Positions 45,161-54,971 of a stretch of 64,000 nt of DNA are shown here, one piece after another. The notes under the pieces were generated by a model. It did not search any database. It was not told where the DNA came from and saw only the letters and a program-made list of their open reading frames with translations. The position numbers were made by a program, and so were the translations under genes. How positions within the stretch are numbered: position 1 is the first letter of the stretch; every line of letters begins with the position of its first letter. The stretch covers positions 953 to 64,952 of the forward strand of contig CAZVAJ010000003.1 in assembly GCA_964625085.1 (NCBI GenBank), read 5' to 3'. This stretch comes from Candidatus Micrarchaeota archaeon. GTDB lineage: Archaea; B1Sed10-29; JAJSAI01.

Positions 45161-45994
45161 TTGCCAACCAATGTTGGCTACGAGTATGTTATTGCAGAGA
45201 AGAAATACCTTGAAGCAAAAACTGTAGAGGATAAACTGAAAGCACTTGATGAGATGCTCTCAGCTGTCCCGAAACACAAGGGCACAGAAGTCCTCAGAAT
45301 GCAACTTCTTCAAAGAAGAACAAAACTCAAAAAGGAACTTGAAAGACAGAAAAAAGCAAAAAAAAGTGGAAGAAGTTTAGGAATAAAGAAACAAGGATTC
45401 CAGATTGTCATAATCGGCCCTCCGAACTCAGGGAAGTCTTCTTTACTGGCAAAACTGACAAACGCCAAACCAAAAATTGCAGAGTATCCTTTTACAACAA
45501 CAAAACCAGAAGTAGGGATGATGGATCTTGAAGGTGCAAAAATCCAAGTGGTAGAAGTGCCTGCCCTTCTTCCCAACGCAGGGGAAAACCAAGCCGAGTT
45601 AATGTCAATAATACTGAATGCAGATGCCATCATCCTCCTATTCAACAAGGAGGATGAAAGAGAGTATATCAAAAAAGAACTTGACGAGTTCGGCATAAAA
45701 AAGCCGATCATAGAAACTAATCAAATAGACCAAATAAAAAAAGAACATATACTGAAACGCTTCAATCTGATCAGGGTTTACACAAAAGAACCTGGAGAAG
45801 AAGCTAACCTAAAAGAGCCATTAATCCTGAAAAAGGGAGCCACTGTACTAGATGCTGCGAAGAAGATCCACAAAGATTTTTACAAGAATCTCGCTTACGC
45901 TAGGATTTGGGGTTCTAGCAAGTTCCCAGGACAACGAGTAGAAAAGGAGTATGTATTATCAGACAGAGACACTATCGAGTTTCACACAAAATAA
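45161..45994 (+). CDS. OBG/DRG-family GTPase with C-terminal TGS domain (short form)
   Basis: P-loop GPPNSGKSSL, G2 YPFTT, TGS-like C-terminus. Confidence 0.8.
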   Translation: MPTNVGYEYVIAEKKYLEAKTVEDKLKALDEMLSAVPKHKGTEVLRMQLLQRRTKLKKELERQKKAKKSGRSLGIKKQGFQIVIIGPPNSGKSSLLAKLTNAKPKIAEYPFTTTKPEVGMMDLEGAKIQVVEVPALLPNAGENQAELMSIILNADAIILLFNKEDEREYIKKELDEFGIKKPIIETNQIDQIKKEHILKRFNLIRVYTKEPGEEANLKEPLILKKGATVLDAAKKIHKDFYKNLAYARIWGSSKFPGQRVEKEYVLSDRDTIEFHTK

Positions 45995-46014
45995 AAAGAA
46001 AGGAAGGAAAGGGC

Positions 46015-46545
46015 TTAGCGCCTTCTCCTTTTGGTTGTCTTTCTTTTGGTTGCCTTTCGCTTGGTTGTTTTCTTCTTAGTTGTCTTCTTTTTCTTTGTTG
46101 TTCTCCGTTTAGTGGTCTTTTTCTTCCTTCTAACAACCTTTTTCTTCTTCTTTGCAGTCTTTTTCTTCTTTTCTTCTAGCTTTCTTATTCCAAGCTTCTT
46201 TACCCTCGGTTTCCAAACTTTAGCACTCATCCACTCAGGAGCATTCTCTGGAGCACTCACTTTCTCTCTTGATCCAACATAGATGTGAATCTTCTTCGTG
46301 CCCCTTTCCCTTAGTTCTATTTTCTTAAGTCCCCTGCTAGCTGCTTTGAGTGCGGCTTGCCTTGGGCTCCTTCCAGTGTACACATGTTGTGTGTCACGGC
46401 CGTTTTGAACAAGTACAAAGTACCTCTTCTCCATCCACATTACCTCCGCAAGTTTTTTACTGTATGTGGAAAAAACCGTTACCCCTTTATAAACCTTTCG
46501 TTCAAAACCATTAGCCCAAAAAGAGGGGTTGTATTGCTTGTGCAT
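46015..46545 (-). CDS. MC1-family archaeal chromatin protein with N-terminal extension and long Lys-rich KKTTKR-repeat C-terminal tail
   Basis: YTGRSPRQAALKAASRG...ELRERGTKKIHIYVG...APENAPEWMSAKVWKP matches MC1 (FTGKQPRQAALKAANRG...RLRERGTKKVH); tail KKKKTAKKKKKVVRRKKKTTKRRTTKKKKTTKKKTTKRKATKRKTTKRRRR. Confidence 0.75.
   Translation of the reverse strand: MHKQYNPSFWANGFERKVYKGVTVFSTYSKKLAEVMWMEKRYFVLVQNGRDTQHVYTGRSPRQAALKAASRGLKKIELRERGTKKIHIYVGSREKVSAPENAPEWMSAKVWKPRVKKLGIRKLEEKKKKTAKKKKKVVRRKKKTTKRRTTKKKKTTKKKTTKRKATKRKTTKRRRR
46020..46200. repeat. Degenerate tandem DNA repeats (~12-24 nt, ttggttgtctttc-like) encoding the Lys/Thr-rich tail
   Basis: Visible periodicity ccttttggttgtctttcttttggttgcctttcgcttggttgttttcttcttagttgtcttc. 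Confidence 0.5.
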
Positions 46546-46591
46546 TTTTTAAAGGCCATCTTATAAATAGGAGTAGGGAGAGTATATTACC

Positions 46592-47410
46592 ATGCGACCA
46601 GAAACAGAAGCTCTAAAAAAGCTGAAGAAAAAGGACATAAACAAGATGGTCAAAAAAGCGATAAGACCACGGGTGGATAAAGAAAAACTTTTGCTCAGCA
46701 GACAACTAGAGCAGACTAATAAAGAACTGTACAAGCTTTACAAATCTAAAAATTTCCTAATACAACTACCAAACGAAAAAGAAGCCCTCAAGCTCTTTCT
46801 TGAAATCGGGACAATGCTGAAAAGAACCAAATACACCCCTAGTGAGTATGAGGTTTACCATTTTGTAGAAGCCGTGCACAGAGCAGGAGTAAACGTTTCA
46901 GATGTAGAGGCAGAACTGAAAAAGATTGACCAACTTGCACCAAACGCTAAAGAAAGGGACAAACTAAAATCAAAGTACCTGCGAGCCCTTTTTGGATTTT
47001 ACAAAACCACTGGGTTGACTGGAAAAGAACTTGCAGAATACACCTCAGAAGAAATATTAAGGATAAAAGGAAAACACACCGCAGGCATATCCACACAGAT
47101 AAGAAAAGCAGAACAAAAAGCACAGGAGTCAATGACAAAAATGGGCATAACAGACTCTGAACTAGAACAGATCATACGCAAATTAGAAAGACACGGAAGA
47201 AGCGTGAAACTGGGAAACATACCTTCAAAAATAGAACAACTGCAAGAGATTAATCCCTTGTACGCAGATCAAGCTAAAAGGATGATATCTGAAAACTTGA
47301 AAACTTCCCTCTCATCAGGAAGATTCAGCGATGAAACAATAAAAGTGCTTGAAAAAAGGCTTGATGCCATGATAAAAGAAGCAAAAGCAAGAAAAGAAAA
47401 GGGTTATTGA
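46592..47410 (+). CDS. Hypothetical protein (272 aa)
   Basis: Complete ORF; no family recognised. Confidence 0.35.
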   Translation: MRPETEALKKLKKKDINKMVKKAIRPRVDKEKLLLSRQLEQTNKELYKLYKSKNFLIQLPNEKEALKLFLEIGTMLKRTKYTPSEYEVYHFVEAVHRAGVNVSDVEAELKKIDQLAPNAKERDKLKSKYLRALFGFYKTTGLTGKELAEYTSEEILRIKGKHTAGISTQIRKAEQKAQESMTKMGITDSELEQIIRKLERHGRSVKLGNIPSKIEQLQEINPLYADQAKRMISENLKTSLSSGRFSDETIKVLEKRLDAMIKEAKARKEKGY

Positions 47411-47826
47411 ACAGGTATGATCCTCCCTGAGCTTTTCTTCTTTTTCTTTGGAAGCCTGATCTCAAGCACGCCGTTTTTGAACGTGCTCTTTGCTTTCTTG
47501 CAGTCCACTTCCACTGGAAGGGAAATACCCCTCTTAAAGGAAGAAGCAGACCTTTCAGCATAGTAATATCCCTCTTTCTTTTTTGATGTCTTCTCAGAAA
47601 CTTTCGCGCTTATCTCAATATAGTCCCCTGAACAGTTTATTTTAACATCCTCCTTTTTCACTCCAGGCAGATCAAGGGTTATCACAATTTCCTTACCATT
47701 GTCAAACATGTCCATTGCAGGTATAGAAACGCCTGCAGAAAACTTGGGAAATTTCTTATAGTACGACAAAAACCTGTTGAAATCCTGCTGTATTTCTTCA
47801 AAAGGATCCCAGTACACCATAATCAC
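47404..47826 (-). CDS. Small heat shock protein (Hsp20/alpha-crystallin)
   Basis: ACD signature ITLDLPGVKKEDVKI...GVLEIRLPK. Confidence 0.9.
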   Translation of the reverse strand: MIMVYWDPFEEIQQDFNRFLSYYKKFPKFSAGVSIPAMDMFDNGKEIVITLDLPGVKKEDVKINCSGDYIEISAKVSEKTSKKKEGYYYAERSASSFKRGISLPVEVDCKKAKSTFKNGVLEIRLPKKKKKSSGRIIPVQ

Positions 47827-47874
47827 CTGCAGATAAAAAGCTGAAAAATAATAAAAACTTTTCTCAGAGGAAAT

Positions 47875-48513
47875 CTATCCCAAAAAAACTTCTGCCCATG
47901 ACAATGAATGCTTCGTGTCCCTCATAGACTCCACTCTAAATAACCTTTTTCCAGATTCCATTTTAAATAATAATACTCCATCAGCAAAGTACTTAAGCGT
48001 GTTTACATGATCTGAAGGATGAACGCCTTCTTCAACAACAATAAGAGACACACACCGTTTCGTGCGCAAAAAAGAGGTGAATAACTCAAAAAACCTGAAG
48101 ACAGAACGCGGTTCGCAGTACAGCAAAAAGTCGGTAATCGAATCAAAAACCACTCTTCCAACGTTCCCGTCTATTCTCTGCAACCTGACACTCTCTTTTA
48201 TCAAGTTATAAAGACTGTTAAGATCAAGCAATGATCTGATACTGAACTCACTAGCAGGCTTTCTGGAAATTCTCCAGGAATAACAATCAACTATCTGAAC
48301 GTCAGAAAGTTTTATTTCTGATGGTGGACAATACGTCTCAATATAAACACCTTTCTGACCCTGTTCCTGTGCCTTCAAAAGGAATCTTTTGGCTATTGTC
48401 GTTTTCCCAGTTCCGGGAGGACCTACCATCAGCACTGCTGATGGAATGGGAAACCCCCCTGAAAGAGCATTGTCTATTTCAAGAAATCCTGTCCCCACCC
48501 TCGCCGTCATCAA
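47875..48513 (-). CDS. KaiC/RadB-like RecA-superfamily ATPase
   Basis: Walker A LMVGPPGTGKTTIAKRF, Walker B-like LIVVEEG. Confidence 0.75.
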   Translation of the reverse strand: MMTARVGTGFLEIDNALSGGFPIPSAVLMVGPPGTGKTTIAKRFLLKAQEQGQKGVYIETYCPPSEIKLSDVQIVDCYSWRISRKPASEFSIRSLLDLNSLYNLIKESVRLQRIDGNVGRVVFDSITDFLLYCEPRSVFRFFELFTSFLRTKRCVSLIVVEEGVHPSDHVNTLKYFADGVLLFKMESGKRLFRVESMRDTKHSLSWAEVFLG

Positions 48514-48599
48514 AGTAGTTAAACGCTTGAGTTTTATAAAATATTTAACAGCCCTACAAAACGAAATATTTTTATTAGAACCTGTCTTGTGTTAAATTC

Positions 48600-49835
48600 A
48601 TGAGTGTCCACATAAAGGCAGGAACAGGATTTGCGTCAGGAAAAGATGCTGGAAAAAAGGCAGCGTTACAGGCCCTAAAAAACGCAGGAGTAAAAGAATG
48701 CAATTTTGTCGTAGTATACTCTTCACCTAGTCTCAACCTGAAGGAAGTAGTGAAACAAGTGTCAGACGTCACAGAAAACGCTCCACTGTTCGGGTGCACT
48801 TCAGCCGGAAACATAACAGAAAAAGGCTTGTGGGAGAACAGTGTCTCTGTCATGGTTGTAAACTCGTCTTACTTCAGAGTAGGAGTTGGTATAGGTGAAA
48901 ACGTAAGAAAGGAGCCTGTTGAAGCCGGCAGAAAAGCAGCTCGACAGGCTTCTGCACTATTAAAGAATGATCCTCGAATAAGATCGCTTGCCATGTTCCA
49001 AAAACCTGCTGGAGAGTACGCACGACTACCCCCTTTTATCGCGTTAACCGCTATTGACGGACTATCAGGCCAGGAAGAAAGAGTACTGGAAGGAATACAG
49101 GAAGGGCTTGGATTCAGCCCTATTTTTGGAGGTTCTGCAGGAGATGACTTAAACTTAAAGCAGACAATGGTTTTCTGTAACGGCGAGATATATTCTGACG
49201 CGGTCACTGTCGCGCTCATCTCAACAGACTTTTACACACAAATAGGCTCATCCCACGGCTGGGTCACAAGTAACAAGTCAGTTGTCGTCACGAAAGCAAA
49301 AGGGCGAAAAGTCATAGAGTTTAACGGTAGACCTGCAGCAGAAGAATACTCCAGAATGCTGGGCAAAAGCCAGAATGAACTGATAAAAGAAAGAAATATC
49401 GCATTCGGGACCGGGCTGAAGTATCCTTTTGGGGTTCAAGACATAACTGGAAAAATATGGCTCAGGCATCCATTCAGAGTGAACAAGGACGGTTCCATAG
49501 ACTTTTTCGCTGCCATACCTGAGAAAACGGTTCTGCTGCTTATGGAAGGAACTCCCGAAGGCCTTTTACACGCAGGAAGCCAGCTGGCAGAGGACGTCAC
49601 AGCCGAACTAAACGGAAAGCCAGCAGTAGCGTTCGTGTTCAATTGCGTGGCAAGAAAGGTGTTCTTAGGCGAGAAAGCTGCTGAGGAAATCAGAAGCATT
49701 TATAACACGGTAAAATGCCCGATGATCGGGTTTTACACTTACGGAGAACAATCTCCGACAGGAAGCGGAATGAGCTACCACAAGAACCAAACAATCAACC
49801 TACTCCTCGTTTCGGACAAGCTCATAACAGGATAA
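48600..49835 (+). CDS. FIST (N+C) sensory domain protein
   Basis: Domain architecture and conserved GxxG/hydrophobic pattern of FIST_N/FIST_C; divergent to KaiC-like gene. Confidence 0.7.
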   Translation: MSVHIKAGTGFASGKDAGKKAALQALKNAGVKECNFVVVYSSPSLNLKEVVKQVSDVTENAPLFGCTSAGNITEKGLWENSVSVMVVNSSYFRVGVGIGENVRKEPVEAGRKAARQASALLKNDPRIRSLAMFQKPAGEYARLPPFIALTAIDGLSGQEERVLEGIQEGLGFSPIFGGSAGDDLNLKQTMVFCNGEIYSDAVTVALISTDFYTQIGSSHGWVTSNKSVVVTKAKGRKVIEFNGRPAAEEYSRMLGKSQNELIKERNIAFGTGLKYPFGVQDITGKIWLRHPFRVNKDGSIDFFAAIPEKTVLLLMEGTPEGLLHAGSQLAEDVTAELNGKPAVAFVFNCVARKVFLGEKAAEEIRSIYNTVKCPMIGFYTYGEQSPTGSGMSYHKNQTINLLLVSDKLITG

Positions 49836-49876
49836 GCAAACATGAAAAGCATGAAAAAGAGCTTCCACTCTATATG

Positions 49877-49943
49877 CCTATTGTAGCACCTCATTTTTCC
49901 TGTGACGAATAGGTATAATAAAAGTATTTTCCTAATAGGAAAA
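49877..49943. promoter_or_regulatory. Cluster of CCTATT/AATAGG half-sites including a perfect palindrome TTTTCCTAATAGGAAAA
   Basis: cctatt 49877-82, aatagg 49908-13, palindrome 49927-43, upstream of kinase-like gene start 50028. Confidence 0.4.
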
Positions 49944-50027
49944 GATGGCTCGTGGGAAAAAACGCAGGGCTTTTGCGGAGAGCTTAAAACGCAAGAAAGA
50001 ACGACTCAAAAGGAGAGTGCAATTCAT

Positions 50028-51026
50028 ATGATAAAAAAGACAAAAACATCCCTTGCCAAAAAAACAGGTAGGAAAGAAAGGATAAAAAGAAAAATCCAGC
50101 TTATTAAAGAGAAGATAAAAGCAAGTAAAGGACAGAACGTAGAAGTCATCGTAATAAACAAAAAGTACAAGGATTATTTTTACAGAGGGACATGGAAACT
50201 TCCTGGCGCGCTAACAAAAGTTGAAGAAGGCACAAGATTAAAAGAAAAAAGCGGGCATGGGGCGTTCCCCACTTACGCAATGAAAAATACAGAAACTAGA
50301 AAAGAACCCTCTGAGATCCAGATAACTGGAGGAGCCCCTTTAGTAGTAAAACCATACACATTCAAAGACCCCAATGCTAAAAAGATAAGAACAGAATTTG
50401 AAAACACACTAAAAGCTTATGAATACAAGATAAGCAATGTTGAACCCATTGGGATAGTAGTGGACCAAAAAACAAAAACAGGATACATTTACACACTTGC
50501 CAATACAGCAGGAGTCCCACTTTCAAGGATAAGATACAATATCCTTCCTGAAAAGCGGAGGAGCATGATCCTAACAGAAATGGCCCGACAGATGCGGGGC
50601 TGGCATGATAAAGGATTCCTCCACAATGATGCCAAGCTTAAGAATTTTCTGTATGATAACATCCAAAGCAGGATAAAAATCCACCCGAATGAACTGGAAA
50701 AGCCAGACAGAGAGATTCTGCAAATGAGGATAGGTGAACACGGCAAGACAAAATCAAAAGAAAAGATAAGAATAGAACCAATAGACCTAGAAAACTCAAA
50801 ATTCCTCACCAAAAGCGCCAGCCCGAGGGACAGAGGATTTGATCTTGCAATGTTCGTTGGAGACGCTATATACCATGGGATGATCAAAAGCAAGAAAGAC
50901 CTGAAGACTTTTCTGGAAAGCTATGACCCTGGGAACTCAGAATTCTGGGTCCAGGAACTCAAGAGCAGAGTAAAAGAGCACAAGAGAGATTCCGTGATTC
51001 AGAATATAAAAAGAATTCTAAAATGA
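50028..51026 (+). CDS. Atypical protein-kinase-like protein (Bud32/RIO/Kdo-kinase superfamily)
   Basis: Catalytic-loop-like GFLHNDAKLKNFLYD and EPIDLENS; start set at ATG 50028 (MIKKTK) with SD AAAGGAGAG; track start 49902 runs through palindrome. Confidence 0.5.
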   Translation: MIKKTKTSLAKKTGRKERIKRKIQLIKEKIKASKGQNVEVIVINKKYKDYFYRGTWKLPGALTKVEEGTRLKEKSGHGAFPTYAMKNTETRKEPSEIQITGGAPLVVKPYTFKDPNAKKIRTEFENTLKAYEYKISNVEPIGIVVDQKTKTGYIYTLANTAGVPLSRIRYNILPEKRRSMILTEMARQMRGWHDKGFLHNDAKLKNFLYDNIQSRIKIHPNELEKPDREILQMRIGEHGKTKSKEKIRIEPIDLENSKFLTKSASPRDRGFDLAMFVGDAIYHGMIKSKKDLKTFLESYDPGNSEFWVQELKSRVKEHKRDSVIQNIKRILK

Positions 51027-51033
51027 TGCTCTA

Positions 51034-51162
51034 AAGCCTCGGGTGGGATTCGAACCCACGACCTGCTGCTCTCTCGATCCTCTTTAAGGGAAGAGGATAG
51101 AAGGAGAAACCGTAAGGTGTCTCCTCTTACGAGGCAGCCGCACTGCCACTGTGCTACCGAGG
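51034..51162 (-). tRNA. tRNA-Thr (anticodon CGU) with ~57-nt intron
   Basis: Minus strand: acceptor GCCTCGG/CCGAGGC, U73, D arm GCAC-AGTGGCA-GTGC, anticodon stem GCTGC...GCAGC with loop CTCGTA-[intron]-A, T arm GTGGG-TTCGAAT-CCCAC. Confidence 0.7.
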
Positions 51163-51177
51163 CAATCTGGCATATGA

Positions 51178-51639
51178 TTATGATTTTAGGAACAAAAAGA
51201 ATTTTAAGGCTTCTTTCTGGTCATCGTACGTGAGTCTGTTCAAGGCTTCCTCTGGGCTCACCCACGCATAGCCAGAGTGTTCCCTTTCATCTATACTAAC
51301 TGGACCCCCATCGTGCTCTACAGAATAAAGCATCAGCCTGGCCCCCTTCCAAGTTCCACCGTCTTTTGGTAAGGGCTCTGGCCATTTGTACTGTATTATG
51401 TAATCCAGCTTCTTGTACCTGGGTTTCTTGATCCCCACTTCTTCCATGAGCTCTCTGCGCAGACATTCCTCTTCTGTTTCCCTTGGAAGCATTCCTCCTT
51501 TTGGAAGCTCCCAGCCAGTCCAATTCAAATGCCTGCGTAGCAGAAGAACTTCCATACTACTGTTCTTCCTGCGCCACACGATCGCGCAGATCCCAGGCCG
51601 GTAGTCCATATCTGATTCTCCTTTTTTGATTGATAGCAA
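51178..51639 (-). CDS. Nudix hydrolase
   Basis: Nudix box GGMLPRETEEECLRRELMEEVGI. Confidence 0.85.
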   Translation of the reverse strand: MLSIKKGESDMDYRPGICAIVWRRKNSSMEVLLLRRHLNWTGWELPKGGMLPRETEEECLRRELMEEVGIKKPRYKKLDYIIQYKWPEPLPKDGGTWKGARLMLYSVEHDGGPVSIDEREHSGYAWVSPEEALNRLTYDDQKEALKFFLFLKS

Positions 51640-51674
51640 GAGGATTTTAATATTTCTTTTGATGTATATCTAAT

Positions 51675-52547
51675 ATGAAAAAAATAAAAAGAGGTAAGGT
51701 TGGGAGCTGGTACGAGACAGAGATAAGAGAACAAGAAAAACAGGTTCACAAAAAGCTAAAACAATCTGTATACGAGAATTACAACAAGAGGCTTGAAAAG
51801 TTTTTACTATGGCAGAAAAAAGAGATTGAACAGGAGTTCAAAAAGAAGTATAAGCGGACTCCTGAGTATCGTGTAACAATCACAAGAGACGGGCGCCTGC
51901 TTCTAAAAACAAACTTGAACAAAAAGGAAGAAGAGTACCTAAAACAAATTCTGCACAGGATCATTGACAAAGCAAGAGAACAGATTCCTGAAGTGAACAG
52001 GGTCATATATGAAAACGTCAAACAAGCGATTCCTGAGAATGTTCCTGCCAGACAGAGGGCAGAAAAAATGACAGAAGTGTATGAGTACGGTGGAAGAACA
52101 CTCTACACGCTGCACAAAGAAGTTCCCTTAACAGAAGTACAAAAGGATTATTCCAAAATAATAAACCTATCCTTCAGAGCCTTCAAAAAAGGAGTTATCC
52201 TTGATGCCCACACGGGAAACTGGACTAAATCAAAAGACGGGAAGATAATGTACATTGACTTCGAGCCTCATTCAGTCACCCTCTCAAGAGGGCTGTTCAG
52301 GAAAAACGTGCCCCAAGAAAAGCTCGCGCTCAAGAAGTTTGCAGACTCCCTCCAGGAAATGCTGTACTTCGCGTTCATGGAACGGTCTGAAAAAGAAGGG
52401 GAAAGGGTCCTTCACCACATACTAAAAGAGATCAAAGAAAATGCTTATTCTGAACTTTCGCCAGAACAAGCAGAAGAACTGCTAACAGACATGCAGATTT
52501 TCGCCAAGCGGATAAAAGCAAGAAAACACGCATTACGGAGGTCTTAA
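51675..52547 (+). CDS. Atypical protein-kinase-like protein, paralogous architecture to 50028-51026
   Basis: GVILDAHTGNWTKSKDGKIMYIDFE resembles HGD-x-H-x-GN ... DFG of atypical kinases. Confidence 0.45.
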   Translation: MKKIKRGKVGSWYETEIREQEKQVHKKLKQSVYENYNKRLEKFLLWQKKEIEQEFKKKYKRTPEYRVTITRDGRLLLKTNLNKKEEEYLKQILHRIIDKAREQIPEVNRVIYENVKQAIPENVPARQRAEKMTEVYEYGGRTLYTLHKEVPLTEVQKDYSKIINLSFRAFKKGVILDAHTGNWTKSKDGKIMYIDFEPHSVTLSRGLFRKNVPQEKLALKKFADSLQEMLYFAFMERSEKEGERVLHHILKEIKENAYSELSPEQAEELLTDMQIFAKRIKARKHALRRS

Positions 52548-53021
52548 CCACACCACAATAAGACCGAACAAAAGCAAGCCGCTAGCGTACACTGCTTTGG
52601 TCCATTCAAACGAGAAGTAGTGTAAGAGTATCGTAAACCCTAAGAAGAACATGAAAAGAGTTATCACATATTCGGTCATGCTGCCTGTTTTCAGCCCACC
52701 TATCCGTATCCTGGTTTTGCCAGGCCAGAACAGATGAATGCCTTCTGGAGTTAAAGAATCTCCAAGAACATGCGTAATAAAACCTATCAGAAACAATTGC
52801 GCAGGCATGAACCCAACATTATCCGCTATCAACAAACCAACAATCCCTGCAAACCAGACGTTATGAAAAAGTTTTCTGTGAAGCCCTTTTATCCCAAGAT
52901 CAAAATCGGGCAAAAAAGCCCCAAGAAGAACAAACAAGTAAGAAACCAGTGCAACATTCTTAACCATTAACACTAGCGAAAACGCAAACAAACTCAATGA
53001 GACGTGACCTGTCCTGTTCAT
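52533..53021 (-). CDS. Membrane-bound metal-dependent hydrolase (DUF457/YdjM-like)
   Basis: Polytopic membrane protein with conserved His/Asp (FITHVLGDSLTPEG, KLFHNVWF). Confidence 0.5.
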   Translation of the reverse strand: MNRTGHVSLSLFAFSLVLMVKNVALVSYLFVLLGAFLPDFDLGIKGLHRKLFHNVWFAGIVGLLIADNVGFMPAQLFLIGFITHVLGDSLTPEGIHLFWPGKTRIRIGGLKTGSMTEYVITLFMFFLGFTILLHYFSFEWTKAVYASGLLLFGLIVVWLRPP

Positions 53022-53093
53022 GCTACCCCCGTTTAATTCTAATAAACAAAAATAATAAAAAAGACACCGTAAGAAAAGAGTTAAGGTGGTATT

Positions 53094-53783
53094 ATGGTAA
53101 AACTTGTATTCTTAGGCGCCCCTGGAACAGGGAAAGGAACCTACTCTGAAAGAATAAGCCCAAAACTGGGAATACCTCACATAAGCACAGGAGATATATT
53201 CAGAGAAGCAGTTGCAAAAGGAACCGAACTCGGAAAAAAGGTCAAAGAGCATCTTGAAAATGGAACACTAGTTCCAGATGAAATAACAATACAGGTTCTA
53301 AAAGAAAGAATATCTGAACCTGACTGCAAGAACGGGTTCATACTCGACGGTTTTCCAAGAACTCTAGAACAAGCAAGAGCATTGGACCAAATAACTGATA
53401 TTGATCTTGTGATACTACTGGACCTGCCAGAAGATCTGATCATAAAAAAGCTTACAGGCAGGAGAGTATGCGAAAAATGCGGCAAGATATACAACGTAGC
53501 GGATATATCCTATGGAACTCTTAGAATGCCCCCTATGCTTCCAAAGAACCCTGGGGGGGTGTGCGATGAATGTGGAGGCAAGCTCATACAAAGAGAAGAT
53601 GACACTGAAAAAGTTATAAAAGACAGGCTTAGAGTGTACCACCAGCTTACTGAACCAATAATAGAATACTACAAGGAAAAAGGGAATCTCATGAAAGTAG
53701 AAGTGGATGCTCCTGCCGATGAAATGGCTGAAAAGATCCTAAAGAGGATAAAAGAGCGATTGAAGAATGAGAAACGATTATAA
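53094..53783 (+). CDS. adk: Adenylate kinase (long form with Zn lid)
   Basis: P-loop GAPGTGKGT, lid CEKCGKIY...CDECGGKL. Confidence 0.92.
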   Translation: MVKLVFLGAPGTGKGTYSERISPKLGIPHISTGDIFREAVAKGTELGKKVKEHLENGTLVPDEITIQVLKERISEPDCKNGFILDGFPRTLEQARALDQITDIDLVILLDLPEDLIIKKLTGRRVCEKCGKIYNVADISYGTLRMPPMLPKNPGGVCDECGGKLIQREDDTEKVIKDRLRVYHQLTEPIIEYYKEKGNLMKVEVDAPADEMAEKILKRIKERLKNEKRL

Positions 53784-53831
53784 ACACCTTAAGACAGAAA
53801 AACAACTGAAAATAACAAAGGAGGCATAACC

Positions 53832-54965
53832 TTGAAGTCCATCGTCACCGCATCTTTAAATGCTCACAAAAGCAAAAAGGCCCATAAGAAGACAACTCGC
53901 ACAAGAGAGAGTAAAGAGCCCATAATGGAGGGCATAACAGACGAAGAACTTGAAAAAACCCTAAAAGAAAGTTCAGCCAGAATAAAGGTTGTAGGAACAG
54001 GGGGCTCAGGAAACAACACAATATCACGTATGAGTGAGATCGGAATTTATGGTGCTGAACTCATCGCTGTAAATACCGATGCACAACACTTGCTAACGAT
54101 CCCTGCAGACAAAAAAGTGCTAATAGGAAAAAAGCTCACTAACGGGCTTGGAGCAGGATCAAACCCCGAAGTCGGAGAAGCCGCAGCAAAAGAATCAAAG
54201 TCAGAAATTGAGAAAGTGTTAAAGAAAGGCAACCTTGTGTTCATCACATGCGGTTTAGGTGGTGGAACTGGAACAGGATCTGCCCCCGTAATAGCCCAGA
54301 TAGCAAAAGAGCTGGGTGCACTAACAATCGGAATTGTCACCCTTCCGTTTTCTGTTGAAGGTAGAAGAAGACTAGAAAATGCTGTTGGGGGGCTTAAAAA
54401 ACTGAAAAAATCTTGCGATACAGTAATAGTGATACCGAATGATAAACTGCTCGAGATTGTGCCAGAGCTCCCGTTGAACGCCGCGTTCAAAGTAGCTGAC
54501 GAAGTACTTACAAATGCGGTAAAAGGAATCACTGAAATGATAACAAAACCAGGACTAGTGAACTTAGACTTTGCAGATGTTAAAACCATCCTTGAGAACG
54601 GAGGCGCTGCAATGATCGGGTTAGGAGAATCCAGCGCAGATTCCAGCTCAGAAACACGCGCACTAGAAGCCATAGAAGAAGCGCTTAATTCACCCCTTCT
54701 AGACGTAGATATATCAGAAGCTAACAAAGCCCTGATCAATGTTGTGGGAAGCCCTGACATGACCTTGAAAGAAGCTGAAATAATCTGTGAGGCCGTGGCA
54801 AGCAAGATAGACCAAAACTCGCACATAATCTGGGGAGCCATGGTATCAGAAGACATGCCGAGAAACACGATAAAAGCCATGATAGTCATCGCAGGAGGAA
54901 AAGTACCTTACTTCGATATAGAACCGGGCGCAGGCCCTGACCTTGACATAGACTACGTGAAGTGA
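53832..54965 (+). CDS. ftsZ: Cell division GTPase FtsZ
   Basis: Tubulin signature [21 protein letters not shown]; TTG start with AAGGAGG RBS. Confidence 0.92.
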   Translation: MKSIVTASLNAHKSKKAHKKTTRTRESKEPIMEGITDEELEKTLKESSARIKVVGTGGSGNNTISRMSEIGIYGAELIAVNTDAQHLLTIPADKKVLIGKKLTNGLGAGSNPEVGEAAAKESKSEIEKVLKKGNLVFITCGLGGGTGTGSAPVIAQIAKELGALTIGIVTLPFSVEGRRRLENAVGGLKKLKKSCDTVIVIPNDKLLEIVPELPLNAAFKVADEVLTNAVKGITEMITKPGLVNLDFADVKTILENGGAAMIGLGESSADSSSETRALEAIEEALNSPLLDVDISEANKALINVVGSPDMTLKEAEIICEAVASKIDQNSHIIWGAMVSEDMPRNTIKAMIVIAGGKVPYFDIEPGAGPDLDIDYVK

Positions 54966-54971
54966 CCGCAT

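Noticed and set aside
49902-50027. GTG-initiated 42-codon N-terminal extension of the kinase-like gene
   Set aside because: It runs through a perfect palindrome/operator and has no SD. ATG 50028 has a good SD. This remains uncertain.
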